A stretch of 64,000 nucleotides of DNA, from assembly GCF_963921235.1 (NCBI RefSeq), contig NC_086108.1:13950001-14014000 (forward strand), read 5' to 3'. The first letter of the stretch is position 1, and every line of letters begins with the position of its first letter. The translations under genes and the position numbers were made by a program. The DNA comes from Mobula hypostoma (Eukaryota). Below, piece after piece: positions 24,955-39,019 of this stretch. The notes beneath the pieces are model-generated. The model was not told the DNA's origin. It searched no databases and worked only from the letters and a program-made list of their open reading frames with translations.

Positions 24955-25950
24955 CCAGTTATACAACACAAAAAATGGCCCCTCACCCAACTTGTCCATG
25001 TCAACCAAGCTATCTACTTGAGCTAGTTCCACTTCCTTCCATTTTTCCCATATCCTCATGCCTTTTAATATCCACGTATCTATCTAAATGCCTTTAAAAT
25101 ATTGTAATGGCATCCACTTCTAAAACTTTCTCCATATAACCATCACCAACTGTGTGAAAAACGTGTCCCTCAGTTACTGTTTAAATCTTCCCCTTTCACC
25201 TTAAACCTATGTCCTCTGGTTTTAAACTTCACTATCCTGGGTAAAAGACTTCACCTTATCTATGCCCTCATGACATTATATACAAAGTCACCCTCAGTCT
25301 CCTCTGCTCTAGAGAACGTAGTCCCAGCCTGTCTAGTCTCTAGTTTTAACACACGCATTCTAATCCCAGTAATCTTCTGCACTCTTCCAAGCTGAATGAC
25401 ATCCTTCCAAGAATGTAGCAAAAAGAAAAACAAAGCACTGCGCTTTCTCTTTAACACTAAAATTTCTGGATTCTATCATTGCTTTTCCCTTGTACTACCT
25501 CAATGTATTGATGTGATGAAATGATTTGAATAGAAGGCGTATAAAGTGAAGATTTTCACTGCACCTCAGTACACGTGACAACAATAAACCAACTTACACT
25601 CAATGCGTCGGCCAATGAAGGCAAGCATGTCAAATGCTTTGTGTGTCATCGCTTTTAGTGAACTAGGTACCCATACCCTAGGTCTCACTGTTCTAGGGTC
25701 CTCATTTTGTAAGTCTTGCCCTGGTTTAACTTACTAAAACCCAACACCATGTACTTCTCCAAAATAAATTCCATTTCCCATCCTCTGGCCCTCTTCCCAA
25801 GTTGCCCTGGATCTCCTTGTAAACTTGGGCAACTTGTTTCACTGTCCACTCACATTCAATTGTGTGTCTTCTGCAAATGTTAACCATGTGAACAACATTG
25901 TCATTCTATTCATTGATAGAAATGACCAACGAAAGTGGGCCCAGCAGCAA
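24955..25950 (-). mobile_element. Degenerate CR1 3' fragments
   Basis: KDVIQLGRVQKI (25260-25457); CR1 tail near 24960. Confidence 0.65.
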
Positions 25951-26509
25951 ACCCATGTCAGATGGAGCCTGACCTGTTGAGTTCCTCCAGCAGCTTGACT
26001 TTATTCTCCATATCATATTCCAACATATCTGTTTCTGCCCTCAGTCCATCTGGATGATAGAAACATCTTATGAGAGAAAGTTGAACAGTTTGAGCCTGCC
26101 CTCTTCCCAAGTTAAATGAATGGTAATTTCACTGAGACATGAAAGGCTGTGAGAGACGCTGAGATAAGGTTCCTCTCCAGCTTGCAGATTACTGCAGCTC
26201 CAACAACTCTGTAAAAGCTCGGCACCATCTGGATAAAGCAGCTTACTTGATAGATACTCAGATTAGTGTAATTTTAGTGTAAACAAGAGCTTGATAGTCA
26301 GCACAGTATTGGATCACTTTTCTGGTCTGTGACTCTGTGACAAATCAACACTGCCCTTTAATTATCTGCCCTGGCTCTCCTTAATCAAACTAAACTTCCC
26401 TAACTGGGTGTCAATTTTTTCCAGGATCATTGGTTTCAAAAGTTTCTCTATAAATGAGGTTACACTGACCAACCTTTCCCCAACCCTATCCCACTCAACA
26501 GGACGGAAT

Positions 26510-27015
26510 GAGTCATAGCTTCACACAGTAAAGGAACAGGCCCTTCAACCCAACTGGTCCATGTCAACCAAGATGTCCATCTAAGCTAATCTCATCTGTC
26601 TGTACTTGACCCATATCCCTCTAAACCAGGTGTTCCCAACCTTAATATGCCATGGACCCCTACCATTAACCGAGGGGTCCGTGGACCCCAGGTTGAGTAC
26701 CCCTGTTCTAAACCCATCCTCTCTATACACCTGCCCAGGTATCTTTTGAACACCATAATTTTACCTTCCTCAACTATTTCCTTTGGCAAATCATTCCATA
26801 TGGCCACCGCGCTTTCTGAGAAAAAGTTGCCTCTCAGCTCACTTTTAAATCTTTCCCCTGTCACCTTAAGTCTACGCCCTCTACATTTCGATACCCTCTT
26901 CCTGCAATGTCTGTGTGAACTCATTCTATCTATGCCCCTCCTGATTTTATACTCAAGGTCACCCCTCAGTCTCTTATGCTCAAGAAATGAAGTCTTAGCC
27001 TGCCTCTTTCTATAA
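26510..27015 (-). mobile_element. CR1 3' end hosting a small MITE
   Basis: LKVTGERFKSELRGNFFSE..IWNDLP. Confidence 0.75.
26627..26705. mobile_element. 79-bp hAT (Charlie-like) MITE
   Basis: TIRs CAGGTGTTCCCAACC / GGTTGAGTACCCCTG; 8-bp TSD CTCTAAAC (26619-26626) / TTCTAAAC (26706-26713); internal palindrome. Confidence 0.85.
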
Positions 27016-28019
27016 CTTGGTCTGTTGAATCATAGAATATAAAACCGTACTGATCAGGAAAAAGTACAGCGCACAATGGTGTGCTGACTTAATAAAGCTA
27101 ACAACAGCAAATGTCTGCTGTCTGCACAAGCTCCAAATCCCTCCATTCTCTACATCTCTGTTATATCTTCTTGGACCCCCCAACCCGGTAGCACATTTAT
27201 TAAATGCATCCTGTCTGGTCCAGGTGATTTGTTCACATCTGCTGGAGAAACTCAGCAGGTCAAGCAGCATCTGTGGAGGAAAGGGATATTTCGGATCCAG
27301 CCTCTTCAAATGGACTGAGAGTGGAGGGGAAATGGCTAGTATAAAGAGGTGAGAGGAGGGGCAAGGCAGAGGCTGGGTGATCAGTGGAACCAGGTGATGA
27401 ACGGAAATGAGGGCAGATAGAGCCAGGTGAGTGAGTGGAGATTGGAGGTCTGGGAGGTGAAAAGATGAAGGCGCTTTTGATGCTGCCCATCCCACTGAGT
27501 TCCTCCAGCAAGTCTGTTGTTTTTTGCTCCACATTACAGACATCTGCACTCAGTCTGTGGCCTAGATTTCTTGTTGCCTTCACTCTGTCTTGGTTGAAAC
27601 CCTCCTCATTCCTTTAAATATCTTCAGAAATTTTTGAAGTTCCGCATTGGATTTCCCCGTGTCATTCTTGACTATTAATCTAACACTCTGGTGATACAAT
27701 GACTTACAGCCCAAGTCTTCCATTGATACAGGAGCCACTTGACCCTCAACCCAGGTCCTACGGAAGTTTCATCTCTATCTGTGTGAGGTCCTTTACCCCA
27801 GTACTAAGAACACAGCATATGATACAGTCCTCAGTTACTGAAACAGTCCCTACGCTCACTGCATTTTGTTGTCTCGCTTGTCCTCTGTGCCCCATAGTTC
27901 TATGTTCTGAAAAGTTTCTCTTCAAGATGTCGTCAGCCCACTGTCGTCTGGTAGAGGCACATGCAGTGGAGGTTGTCCCACATCCTGTCAGTGGTTTCCG
28001 GATGGTCTCTCTCTGGAAC

Positions 28020-28470
28020 CTCCAGCCGTTCCTATGCGCTACAACCCAGTTCATCCATGCTGACCAATTTAAACATTGTAATTGTACCTGCCTCCACTCC
28101 TTCTTCTAGCAATTTGCCACCTCCCTCTGTGTGAAAAAGTTGCTTATCATTTTGCCTTTGAATCATTGCCACCTCACGTTACATCTAATCCCTTTCACTT
28201 TAGACTCCTTACCCTGGGACAAAGACTGTAACCATTCAGCTTCTTGATGCCTTTCATGATTTTATAAGCTTCTAAAAGGTCACCCTTCAGCCTCCTATGC
28301 TACGGGGAAAGCAGACCAAGTATTTTCTTATACCTCAAGCCCTCCAGTCCCAGCAACATCCATGTGGATCTCTTCTGCACCATTTCATGCATGATGACTT
28401 TCTTCCTGTAGCTGGGTGACCAGAACTGGACACAATACTCCAAGTGTTGTCTCACCAATGACTTGCAGTT
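28020..28470 (-). mobile_element. CR1 3' fragment
   Basis: KSLVRQHLEYCVQFWSPSYRK (28300-28485). Confidence 0.8.
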
Positions 28471-29719
28471 TGGTCTGCAGGACATCAGGTCTTCTGGAGT
28501 TGCTATGGTATAGGGATTACCGGTCTCAACTAGCTCCTAATGATTGGGGAATCTGAGAATTACTTCTCTACTCCCTTTGTAGTGAGGCTCATTATTACCT
28601 TGTTATTCTGATGGAACATCCTCTTTTATTTCAACCTCCCATTTAAGTAACACAAGTCTGAGAACATTGATTCCTTCCTCCTGTGCATCAGATTTCCGAG
28701 CTCTGCACTCTATTCAATTTGTGTGTCAGCATGATCTGTTCACATCCAAAAGACCTGAATCAGCCCCTGCTGATTGTAATTGCCAGCTATTGTGGTACCA
28801 GTTCTAAATGACCATCCAATTAACATTAATTACCGCTGGGACACAGCTTGTTTACTGTTGGCAAAACTCTGAAAAGTATAGTCAGTTGAATGTGAAGCCA
28901 AATTGAATTTCAGATGGATTTTTTTTGAAAGCAGCCACTCACTCACTGATCAATGACTCAAAGGATAAACTTGGATCTTAATACTGAAGTAAACTACTGT
29001 TCACTCTCCTCATTGTCTGCTATTTCTTTCTTTATAGATAAGCATTCCATTTCCCATTGAAAACTGCAATTACATCTGCTCCCACTGCTTCCCCAGGCAT
29101 TTTTAAGACAACTATTCTTGTCACCTTTGGTTCTTTTGCCAGGAGGACATTCTTGTCAATCAAGTTTTTTTTCCAGCTCACAGAGAAGTTCCATTCCCCA
29201 CCAATTTCTCCTCTAACCTAATCTCCCCATTTCCTAAGCAACAGCTCCCAGATTCCACATTAGAGTCAATCTGCATTGACTAATTAACCCACTAACGAAT
29301 GAGGGAGAAGACTCAAAGGGAGAACGTGCAAACTCCACACAGACAGCACCAGAGGTCAGGACTGAATCTGGAGCAGTGGGGCTGAACCACAATGTTACCC
29401 TTCAATTGATGCTCCCTTATACTTGACACCTCCATCAACGGCAACAATCTCCCCCTATTCTTCCTCACATGGTTCGATTAGATCCCTGCTTTACATCTCT
29501 TCTAGTGTAAGCCCAGAAACTTCAGTTGTAGCTGAAACAATGACTTATAATGGTTGATCATCACTTCCCTGCTCCTGTATTCCATGCCTCTGTTTATGAA
29601 CACTGGATTCCTTTGTTATTTGTTAACAACTTTCTTACTAATTCAACCACTTTTGACAATTTACCACTTTCCAACCCGTCGCTTCATTTGCTAATCAAAA
29701 TTAAACTGAGCCTTAAATT

Positions 29720-30325
29720 TCACCAGTCCTGCCCAAGCTTGTCCCATTAAACTGTGTTTGGCTCTTACCCTTTAAAGCTTTCATATCAATGCATCTGTCC
29801 AAATGATTTTTAATTGTCATAATTGCTCCCACACCTGCCACTTCTTCTGGCTGCTCATTCCATACACTCACTTCCCCCTGTTTGCAAAATACGCCCTTCA
29901 AGATCCCCTTTAAATCACCCTTCAACTACCAAGGAAAACAAGCAATAGCCTACCCATTCTCTCTTTACTTAAGTCTTCTAGTCCCAGTAACTCCTTGTGA
30001 ATCTTTTCTGCATCTTTTCCAGATTAGTGACATCCTTCCCAGAGCTAGACAATCAGAATTGCATGCAATACTCAGAATGTAATCTCACCAATTTCTCACT
30101 AACAATGTAGACTGGATAAATACATTCCATTCCCATTTTCTAAATTAAATCTATGAAGTAAGTTGTTCTAATGTGTTTCATGGGTCTGACTCATTTGGTA
30201 GCATTTGGCCTTCAATTTTGATGACAAGAACCTTATCATAAGCCTTTTGAAGTCCATAACATATATTAACCACATTTCCCCCATTCATCCTTGCAGCTAC
30301 TTCTTATAAAAAGTTTATTAGGTTA
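29720..30325 (-). mobile_element. Degenerate CR1 fragment
   Basis: VSVWNEQPEEV..HLDR (29713-29925). Confidence 0.6.
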
Positions 30326-30331
30326 CTTTGA

Positions 30332-30730
30332 CATTGTGCGTGCTGTGCCATCTCATATGACGTGGGCGGTCATGGTCTTTCCATGACCATGATTGTTCTT
30401 GGCAAATTTTTCTACAGAAGTGGTATGCCATTGCCTTCTTCTGGGCAGTGTCTTTACAAGACAGGTGACACCAGCCGTTATCAATATTCTACAGAGATTG
30501 TCTGCCTGGTATCAGTGGTCACATAACCAGGACATGCGATATGAACCTGCTGCTCATATGACCATCCACCACCTGCTCCCGTGGCTTCACATGATTCTGA
30601 TCGGTGGGGGGGTTGGGGGGGGTGAGATAAACAGGTGCTACACCTTGTCCAAGGGTGACCTATGAGCTAGCAGAGAGAAAGAGTGAGTTACACCTCCTTT
30701 GATAGAGATGTATCTCCACCCTGCCACCCA
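30332..30730 (-). mobile_element. SINE-like element with RTE-related segments
   Basis: TSD ACTTTGA (~30325-30331 and 30731-30737); minus strand GAAGGCAATGGCATACCACTTCTGTAGAAAAATTTGCCAAGAA resembles RTE/Bov-A-type sequence. Confidence 0.6.
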
Positions 30731-30989
30731 ACTTTGAAAGAAATCACCTTTAATGAATGCACCAACCAATCCACATCTGTCCAAATGATTGCTGATTCGC
30801 TCCCTGACTTTTTGGTTCTAGATTATAAAATGGTATAGCACAACAACAGGTCCTTCTGCCCACAAAGTTATGCTGAAGTAAATAAGCTAATGGCACCTAA
30901 TCTCAACTGTCTGTATATGGTCCATATCCCTCCAATCTCTGCTTATCCATGTGCCTATTGAAGAACCTCTTAAATATCTATATTGTATC

Positions 30990-33900
30990 CAGAACACGTC
31001 ACACACTCTGGATCTTTTCAATTACTTCAAGTTCCCTGGCCTCGATCTTCACTTTTCCACCGTGGATATCCAGTCCCTATCCACCTCCTCCCCCTTCAAG
31101 AAGGCTTTAATGCTCTCCACTTCTTTCTAGATAACAGGCTCAACCTGTTCCCCTCCACCACCTCTCTACTCCATCAGGCCTTGCTCTCAATAATTTCACC
31201 TTCCTCCAACTTCCTCCTACTTCCTTCAAATCAAAGGTGTAACCATGGGCACTTGCATGGGTCCCAGTTACGCCTGCCTTTCTTCATCTACGTGGAACAG
31301 TGTATGTTCCAAGCCAACTCGCCCCCCCCCCAACTTTTTCTACACTGCATTGGGCTTGCTTTCTGCACCCATGCCGAGCTCATTGACTTCATTAACCTTG
31401 CCTCCAACTTCCACCCTGCCCTCAAATTTACCTAGTCCATTTCTGACACCTCCCTCACTTTTCTTGATCTCACCGTCTACCGATATCTTTTATAAACCTT
31501 CTGATCCTCACAGCTACACTAACTATACCTCTTCCACCCGTCACTTGTCAAAATGTCATCCCGTTTTCCCAGCTCCCCCATCTCTGCCGCATCTACTCTC
31601 AGGATGAGGTTTTTCATTCAGAACGAATGACATCATAAGACCATAAGGCAAAGGAGCAGAATTAGGCCATTTGTCCCATCAAGTCTGCGCCACCATTCAA
31701 TCATGGCTGACCCTTCCCCCCCCACTTCTCAGCCCACTCCCTGGCCTTCTCCGTAACCTTTGATGCCCTGTCCAATCAAGAACCTATCAAGCTCTGCCTT
31801 AAGTGCACCGAACAACCTGGCCTCCACAGCTGCCTGTGTAATAAATTCCACAAACTCACCATCATCTCGCTAAAGAAAATTTTCTACATATGTTTTAAAT
31901 AGACGCCCCTCTATCCTGAGGCTGTGCCCTCTTGTCCTACACTCCCTCACCATGGGAAACATCCTTTCCACATCTACTCTGTCTAGGCCTTTCAACAATT
32001 GAAAGGTTTCAATGAGATCTCCCCTCATTCTTCTAAATTCCAGTAAGTACAGACCCAGAGCTATCAAATGTTCCTCATATGATAACCTTTTCATTCCCAG
32101 AATCATCTTTGTGAACCGCCTCTGGAACTTCCCCAATGCCAGTACATCTCTTCTTAGATAAGGAGACCAAAACCGTTCACAATACTCAAGATGAGGCCTC
32201 ACCAGTGCCTTATGAAGCCTCAGCATCATATCCCTGCTCTTGTATTCTAGACCTCTTGAAATCAATGCTAACATTGAAGTTGCCTTCCTAGCCACTGAGT
32301 CTACCTGCAAGTTAACCTTTAGGGGTTCTGCACAAGGACTTCCAAGTTCCTTTGCATTTCAGATTTTTGGATTTTCTTTCCATTTAGAAAATAGTCTACA
32401 CATTTATTTCTTCTACCAAACTGCATTTTCCAACAGTGTATTTCACTTACCCATTCTCCTAATCTGTCTAAGTCTTTCAGCCACCTACCTGCCCCTCCAC
32501 CAATCTTTGTATCATCTGCAAACTTGGCAACAAAGCCAACTATTCCATCATCTAAATCATTGATATACAATATAAAAAGGAGTGGTCCCAACAGCGACCC
32601 CTGTGGAACACCAGTCACTGGCAGCCAACCAGAAAAGTGTCCTTTTATTCCCACTCACTGCCTCCTACTAATCAGCCAATGCTTTAACCATGCCAGTAAC
32701 TTTCCTGTAGTACTATGGACTCTTAACTTGGTCAGCAGCCTCATGTGTGGCACATTGCCAAAGGTCTTCTGGAAGTCCAAATATACATCAGCCACTGCAT
32801 CCTCTTTATCTATCCTACGTGTAATTTACTCAAAGAATTCCAAAAGGTTCATCAGACAAGATTTTCCCTTAAGGAAACCATACTGACTTTGTTTCATCTT
32901 GTCCTGTGTCATCAAGTACTCCATAACCTCATCCTTAACAATTGAGTCTAACACCTTCCTAACCACTGAGGTCAGGCTAACTGGTCTATAATTTCCTTTC
33001 TGCCACCTTCCTTCTTTCTTAAAGAGTGGAGTGACAGTCCTCTAGCACCATGCCAGAGTCCAATGACTTTGAAAGATCATTACTAATATCTCCACAATCT
33101 CAACCATTACCTCCTTCAGAACCCCAGGAATGAGATGTCCTTCTTCTTCAAAGAAAGGGGCTTTCCTTCCTCCACCATCAACACTGCCTCACCCACAACT
33201 CTTCCATTTTGCACAGATCTGTCCTCACCCCGTTCACCTGCTACCCCACTAGGGATAGGGTTCCACTTGTCCTCACTTACTACCCCACCAGCCTCCATGT
33301 CCAGCACATAAATTCCCATAACTTTTTCCATTTCCAACAGGATCCCACCACCAACCACATCTTCCCCCCATGCCCACTTCCTACTTTCTGCAGGGATATG
33401 CGACTCCCTTGTCTGTTCATCCCTCTCCACTGATCTCCTTCCTGGTACCTAGCCATGCAAGTGGAACAAGGGCCATATCTGCCCTACACTTCCTCCCTCA
33501 ATACCATTTAGGGCTCCATCTACTGCATCCAGTACTCCTGGTGTGGCCTCCTGTATATCGGTGAGTCCCAATGTAGATTGGGAGATTGCTTTGCTGAGCA
33601 TCTACGCTCAGTCCATCAGAGAAAAAGTGGGATCTCCCAGTGGCCACCCATTTCAATCTGACTTCTCATTCCTATTCCAACATGTCAGTCCACAGCCTCC
33701 TCTACTGTTGCAACGAGGTCACACTCAGGTTGGAGTATCTACACCTTATAGTCCATCTGGGTACCCTCCAACCTGATGGCATGAACATTGATTTCTTGAA
33801 TTTCTAGTAATTGACCCCCCGTCGTGCACCATTTCCATTCCTGTTTCCCTCCCTCGCCCATCTCCTTACCTGCCTATCACCTCCAGCTGGTACTCCTCCC

Positions 33901-34190
33901 CCTTCCCTTTATTCCATGGTCTTCTGTCCTCTCCTATCAGATTTCCTCTTTCCAGCCCCTTACCTCTTTCACCTATCAACTTCCCAGCTCTTTACTTCAC
34001 CCCTCCCCCTCTCCCGATTTCACCTATCACCTGCCACCTGGAACATACTCCTCTCCTCCCCCACCTTCTTGTTTTAACTTCTCATCTTTTTTTCCAGTCC
34101 TGATGAAGGGTCCCACCCCAAATCATCGACTGTATACTCTTTTCCATAGATGCCGCCTGGCCTGCTGAATTCCTCCAGCATTTTTTTGTG
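30990..34190 (+). mobile_element. Penelope-like element (RT, GIY-YIG, terminal repeat) split by a CR1
   Basis: MGTCMGPSYACL (PLE RT); HPALKFT; TDIFYKPSD; DRVPLVLTY; GIY-YIG remnant near 33520-33600; degenerate hammerhead at 34096-34131. Confidence 0.85.
31633..33115 (-). mobile_element. CR1 RT-to-3' end inserted into the Penelope element
   Basis: [45 protein letters not shown]. Confidence 0.95.
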
Positions 34191-34699
34191 CCACAGGCAT
34201 ACCATATGCCTTCTTTACCACACCATCTCCTTGTACAACCATTTTCAGGGAGCCATGGAGCCATACCCCAAGATCCCTCCGTCCATAAACACTGTTTCAG
34301 GCCCTACCATTAACTATGTCCTGTCCCTCTACATCTGATCTTTCAAAGTGCATCACCTCACTCCTGTCCATGTTAAATTCCATCTGCTATTTCTCTTTCA
34401 ATATTTTTATTAGTTTCTACATAAAAGAATACAGAGTACAAGAAGATATATATTATAATCAAAAAAAAGATAAAATAATTCCAAATACATTATATTAGAA
34501 TCACACTTGCAATCACATTACCCTATATTCATGTAAATTAAATTAAATCATAATACTGTATTGAAATGTAATAATTTTATTATACAGAAAAAAATCTAAA
34601 CCCACTACCAAGATCAAAGCTGTTTGGTAAAGAAAGGAAAAAGGAAAAAAATCCTTATCATAAAGTGAAATATGTTATTAGCCACCATCTGTTCTTTAA

Positions 34700-37600
34700 C
34701 AGCAATTTAAAGGTTTTGAAAATAGTTCAAAAATGGTCCCCACAATGTTTGAAAGTCTTGAATAGATTCAGAAATTGAACAACGGATCTTCTCTAAAATT
34801 TAAGCATGACATAACATCACTTAACCATTGAGCGTGAGTAGGTGGAACGACATCCTTCCATTTAAATAGGATCGCCCTTCTAGCTATAGGAGAATTAAAC
34901 CCCAAAATGTGCAAATCGGATGTCTCCAAAATAATACCTTTTCCTCCAACAATATCGAATAGGGCGGTCAAAGGGTTAGGCTTAAAATTTACCTTAAAAA
35001 GTACTGAGAAAGTTTGGAATATTTCCTTCCAGTATCTTTCAAGACTTGGACATGTCCAAAACATGTGAATTAATGAAGCTTCTCCATTGTTACATCTATC
35101 ACAAAAGGGAGATGTATCCGAATAAAAACGAGATAGCTTATCTTTAGACATGTGAGCCCTGTGGACAACTTTAAATTGTAGGAGGGAGTGGCGGGCACAT
35201 AACGAAGAAGTGTTAACAAATTTTAAAATTTCATTCCAAGTTTCCTCAGGAATTGAAGTCTGTAAAACTTGTTCCCGGAGATTTTTAATTTTGTCTAAAG
35301 GAGCATTTCTCATTCCTAACAACATGCCATAAATATTGGATATTGATCCATTATGAAAGGGTTTCAAATTAGAAATTACATCTACTAAGTCCTTACCCGG
35401 ACTATTAGAAAATGAATATAATTGAGAACGCAGAAAGTCTCTAATTTGTAGATATCGGAAAAAGAGGGTTTTTGGTAAGCTATATTTAGCTGACAATTGC
35501 TAAATGAAAGGAGACTTCCTCGAACAAACAAATCCTGGAAGCATTCAATACCCAATCTATCCCATTCTTTAAAAACTGGTCATAGAGGGTTTAAAAAAAT
35601 AATTAGAAAAAATGGGACTTGAAGGAGAAAATCCCATTAAACCAAAATATTTTCTAAATTGTACCCAGATCCTCAAGGTATGTTTAACTACCAAATTATC
35701 AGTTAATTTACTTAAGGATAAAGAAAGTGAGGATCCAAGAAGAGAAATGATAGAAAATTTATTAACAGAGTTAGTTTCTAAAGAAAACCATATCGGGCAG
35801 TCCTCACGGTTAATATAATATGACCAAGACGTAAGATTTCATATATTGACTGCCCAATAATAAAACCTAAAATTTGATAAAGCTAAACCTCCATGCTTTT
35901 TAGCTTTTTGAAGATGAACTTTATTTAGTCCAGAATGTTTATTTTTCCATATATATGAAGATATAATAGAATCAAGAGAGTCAAAAAAGGATTCAGGAAT
36001 AAAAACGAGTAAGGCCTGAAAAAGGTATATAAATTTAGGTAAAATATTCATTTTAATAGAGTTAATTCGACCAATCAACAATAACGAAAGGGGCGACCAG
36101 TTTGTTAGTGCCCTTTTTACATAATTCAGAAGGGTAAGAGAATTTTCTTTAAGTAGGTGTTTATAATTCTTAGTAATTGTTACACTCAAATAGATAAATT
36201 GATTTCTTACAATTTTAAAAGGAAGGTTAGCACTAATTGATACAAAATTATTCAAAGGAAAAAGTTCACTCTTACGTAAATTCAGTTTATATCTTGAAAA
36301 CTGGCTAAAGCAAGAGAGTAAAGAAAGCACAGGAGGTAAAGAAGTCTCAACATTAGAAATAAAAAGCAATAGGTCATCAGCATAAAGCGAAACTTTACGG
36401 ATAGTACCTCTCCTTGAAATACCAATAATATCATTAGATTCCCGAAAATCAATGGCTAAGGCTTCTAAGGCCAGATCAAAGAGCAAAGGGCTCAAGGGGC
36501 AACCTTGTCTGGTTTCACGTTCAAGTTTAAAAGGTTTAGAATTCTGAAAGTTAGTAAGAACCTGAGCCGAGGGAGATAAATAAAGTAATTTAATCCATTG
36601 AATAAAATTGGGCCCAAAATTACATTTTTCTAAGATTTTAAATAAATAATTCCATTCAATCGATCGAAAGCCTTCTCAGCATCTAAAGATATCACACATT
36701 CCGATATCTCCTTAGAAGGAGAATAAATAACATTTAATAAACAAGAATATTAAAGTGGGAATATCAATTTTTAATAAATCCAGTCTGATCATTAGAAATG
36801 ATAGATGGTAAAATATTTTCAATCCTACAGGCCAAAACTTTGGATAGAATTTTAGTATCAACATTAAGTAAGGAAATTGGTCTGTATGAAGAGCATTCAG
36901 TTGGGTTCTTATTCTTTTTAAGGATAAGCAAAACAGAAGCTTCATAGAAAGATTGTGGCAACTTACCCAACTTAAAGGAATCCAATAAAACTGAACATAA
37001 ATAAGGTATAAGCAGTAAGGAAAACACCTTATAAAATTCTGCAGAAAATCTATCAGGACCTGGAATCTTCCCTGAGTCCAATGAACGTACAGCCTCGGCA
37101 ATTTCCTCATAAGAAATAGGTTGATCCAACTATTTACGGTTATCAACAGAAAGTGTAGGAATGTTTAATTGGTCTAAAAAATTATTCATAATAGTATTAT
37201 CTTTAGGAGGGTCAGAACTATAAAGTTTAGAATAGAATTCTCTTAAGATATCATTTATATCTGAATGGTCAGTTGTCCTATCATCATTAGCTTTACAAAT
37301 TTTTTTAATTTGCCATTTAGCTATAAAGGTTTTTAATTGGTTAGCCAGTAATTTACCTGTTTTCTCTCCATGAATACAAAATCGACTTTTATCTTTTAGT
37401 AGTTGAGTTTCAATTGGATATGTTAAAAGGAGATCATATTTAGTTTGAATTTCAACATGCCTTTTATACAAAGCAGGATCTGGAGCCAAAGCATAATTTT
37501 GGACTAATTGTTTCAACTGATTAGCTAACTCAATTCTTTCTTTATTAGCTTTTTTCTTGAAACTTACAGTATATGAAATAATTTGTCCTCTAATATAGGC

Positions 37601-38475
37601 CTTAAAAGCATCCCATATAATAAGACTAGAAGTCTCTTCCGGTGTATTCTCTTTAAAAAAAAGAATAATTTGTCTCTCCAGAAATTTTAAAAAATCCTTA
37701 TCAGATAGCAAAGTTAGTTTAAAGTGCCAAGATCTGTTTGTTTGAGGAAGACCAGGGAGATTTAAAGATAAAAGCACGGGGGCATGATCTGAGACAGCAA
37801 TCTCTTTATATTCACAGGATCGAACTAATGGAATTATTTGGCTATCAATTAAAAAAAAATTAATCCTGGAATACCTATGGTGGACATGAGAAAAAAAAAC
37901 AAATACTCCCTGTCTTGTGGATGTAAAAAAAACGCCATACATCAACAATATCACATTTCATTAAAAAAGATTGAATAAACAAAGCTGATTTATTAAGTGT
38001 CGCTGGTTTAAAAGATGACCAATCTAAAGCTGGAACTAACTAGCAATTAAAGTCTCCTCCCATCACCAATGAGTAAAGACTCAAATCTGGCAAAAATGAA
38101 AAAAATGCTTAAAGAATCTTGGGTCAACTGTATTCGGGACATACAGATTAGCAAATACCATTAATTTATTATCTAATTTTCCTGACACTATGACAAAGCA
38201 CCCATTAGTATCAGACACTACTTTATGTTGGACAAAGGGAACTGTATTATCTATAAAGATCGAAACTGCCCTAGACTTACTCTGAAAAGAGGAATGAAAA
38301 TGAGATCCTCTCCATCTACTGAAAAGGCGTAAATTGTCACAATTACGTACGTGAGTTTCTTGTAGAAAAATAATTGGAACCTTAAGTTTTTTAATATATG
38401 CAAAATTCTTATTCATTTCACAGGGTGATTTAATCCTTTCACGTTAAGACTAAGTAAGTTAATAGTTTGATCCAT
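34700..38475 (-). pseudogene. L1 ORF2 (APE endonuclease, RT, CCHC region), frameshifted
   Basis: SLNVKGLN; FLQETH; SDHAP; YRPISLLNVDTKIL; SPLLF..SLYADDLL; CDRC..HMFWTC. Confidence 0.95.
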
Positions 38476-39019
38476 TTTTAATACTATTTAATAGAAAGGT
38501 TAAAGTAATAACCACTGGAATGTATATTAAAACCAAACAATAAACCTTGAAATGTGGTAACCAAGCAACAGATCTGGCTAAAAATCCAAAACAGCTTCCA
38601 GAAAAAAAACTATCCCCCCACCCAAAGTCAGAAAGCCGGCCAAGAGAAAGCTGACAGTTAAATCTAATGAGGTCACCCTCCCAAAAAAACCTATTGATTT
38701 AGCTCCTAATTAGTTTCAAGGTTAACTGCATTCCAACCTAGACAAAACAGTAGACAAAGAAAAATAACATAACCCTCATAACAAGAACACATATGGATTA
38801 ATTATTACATTTTCAAAATGATAAAATGAAAAATACCCAAACTAAGCCTTATTGACAGAAAAAAACCTCAAGAAAAATAAGTATAATATAAAATAATAAA
38901 AAACCCATCTTAATTCAAAACATACGAACACACAAGATATTAAGTCATTAAAATCTTGTTCTCTAAGTAAAGCATTTAAAGTTTCAAAAGGAGAGTTAGC
39001 TACACTGGTTACTGAACAG

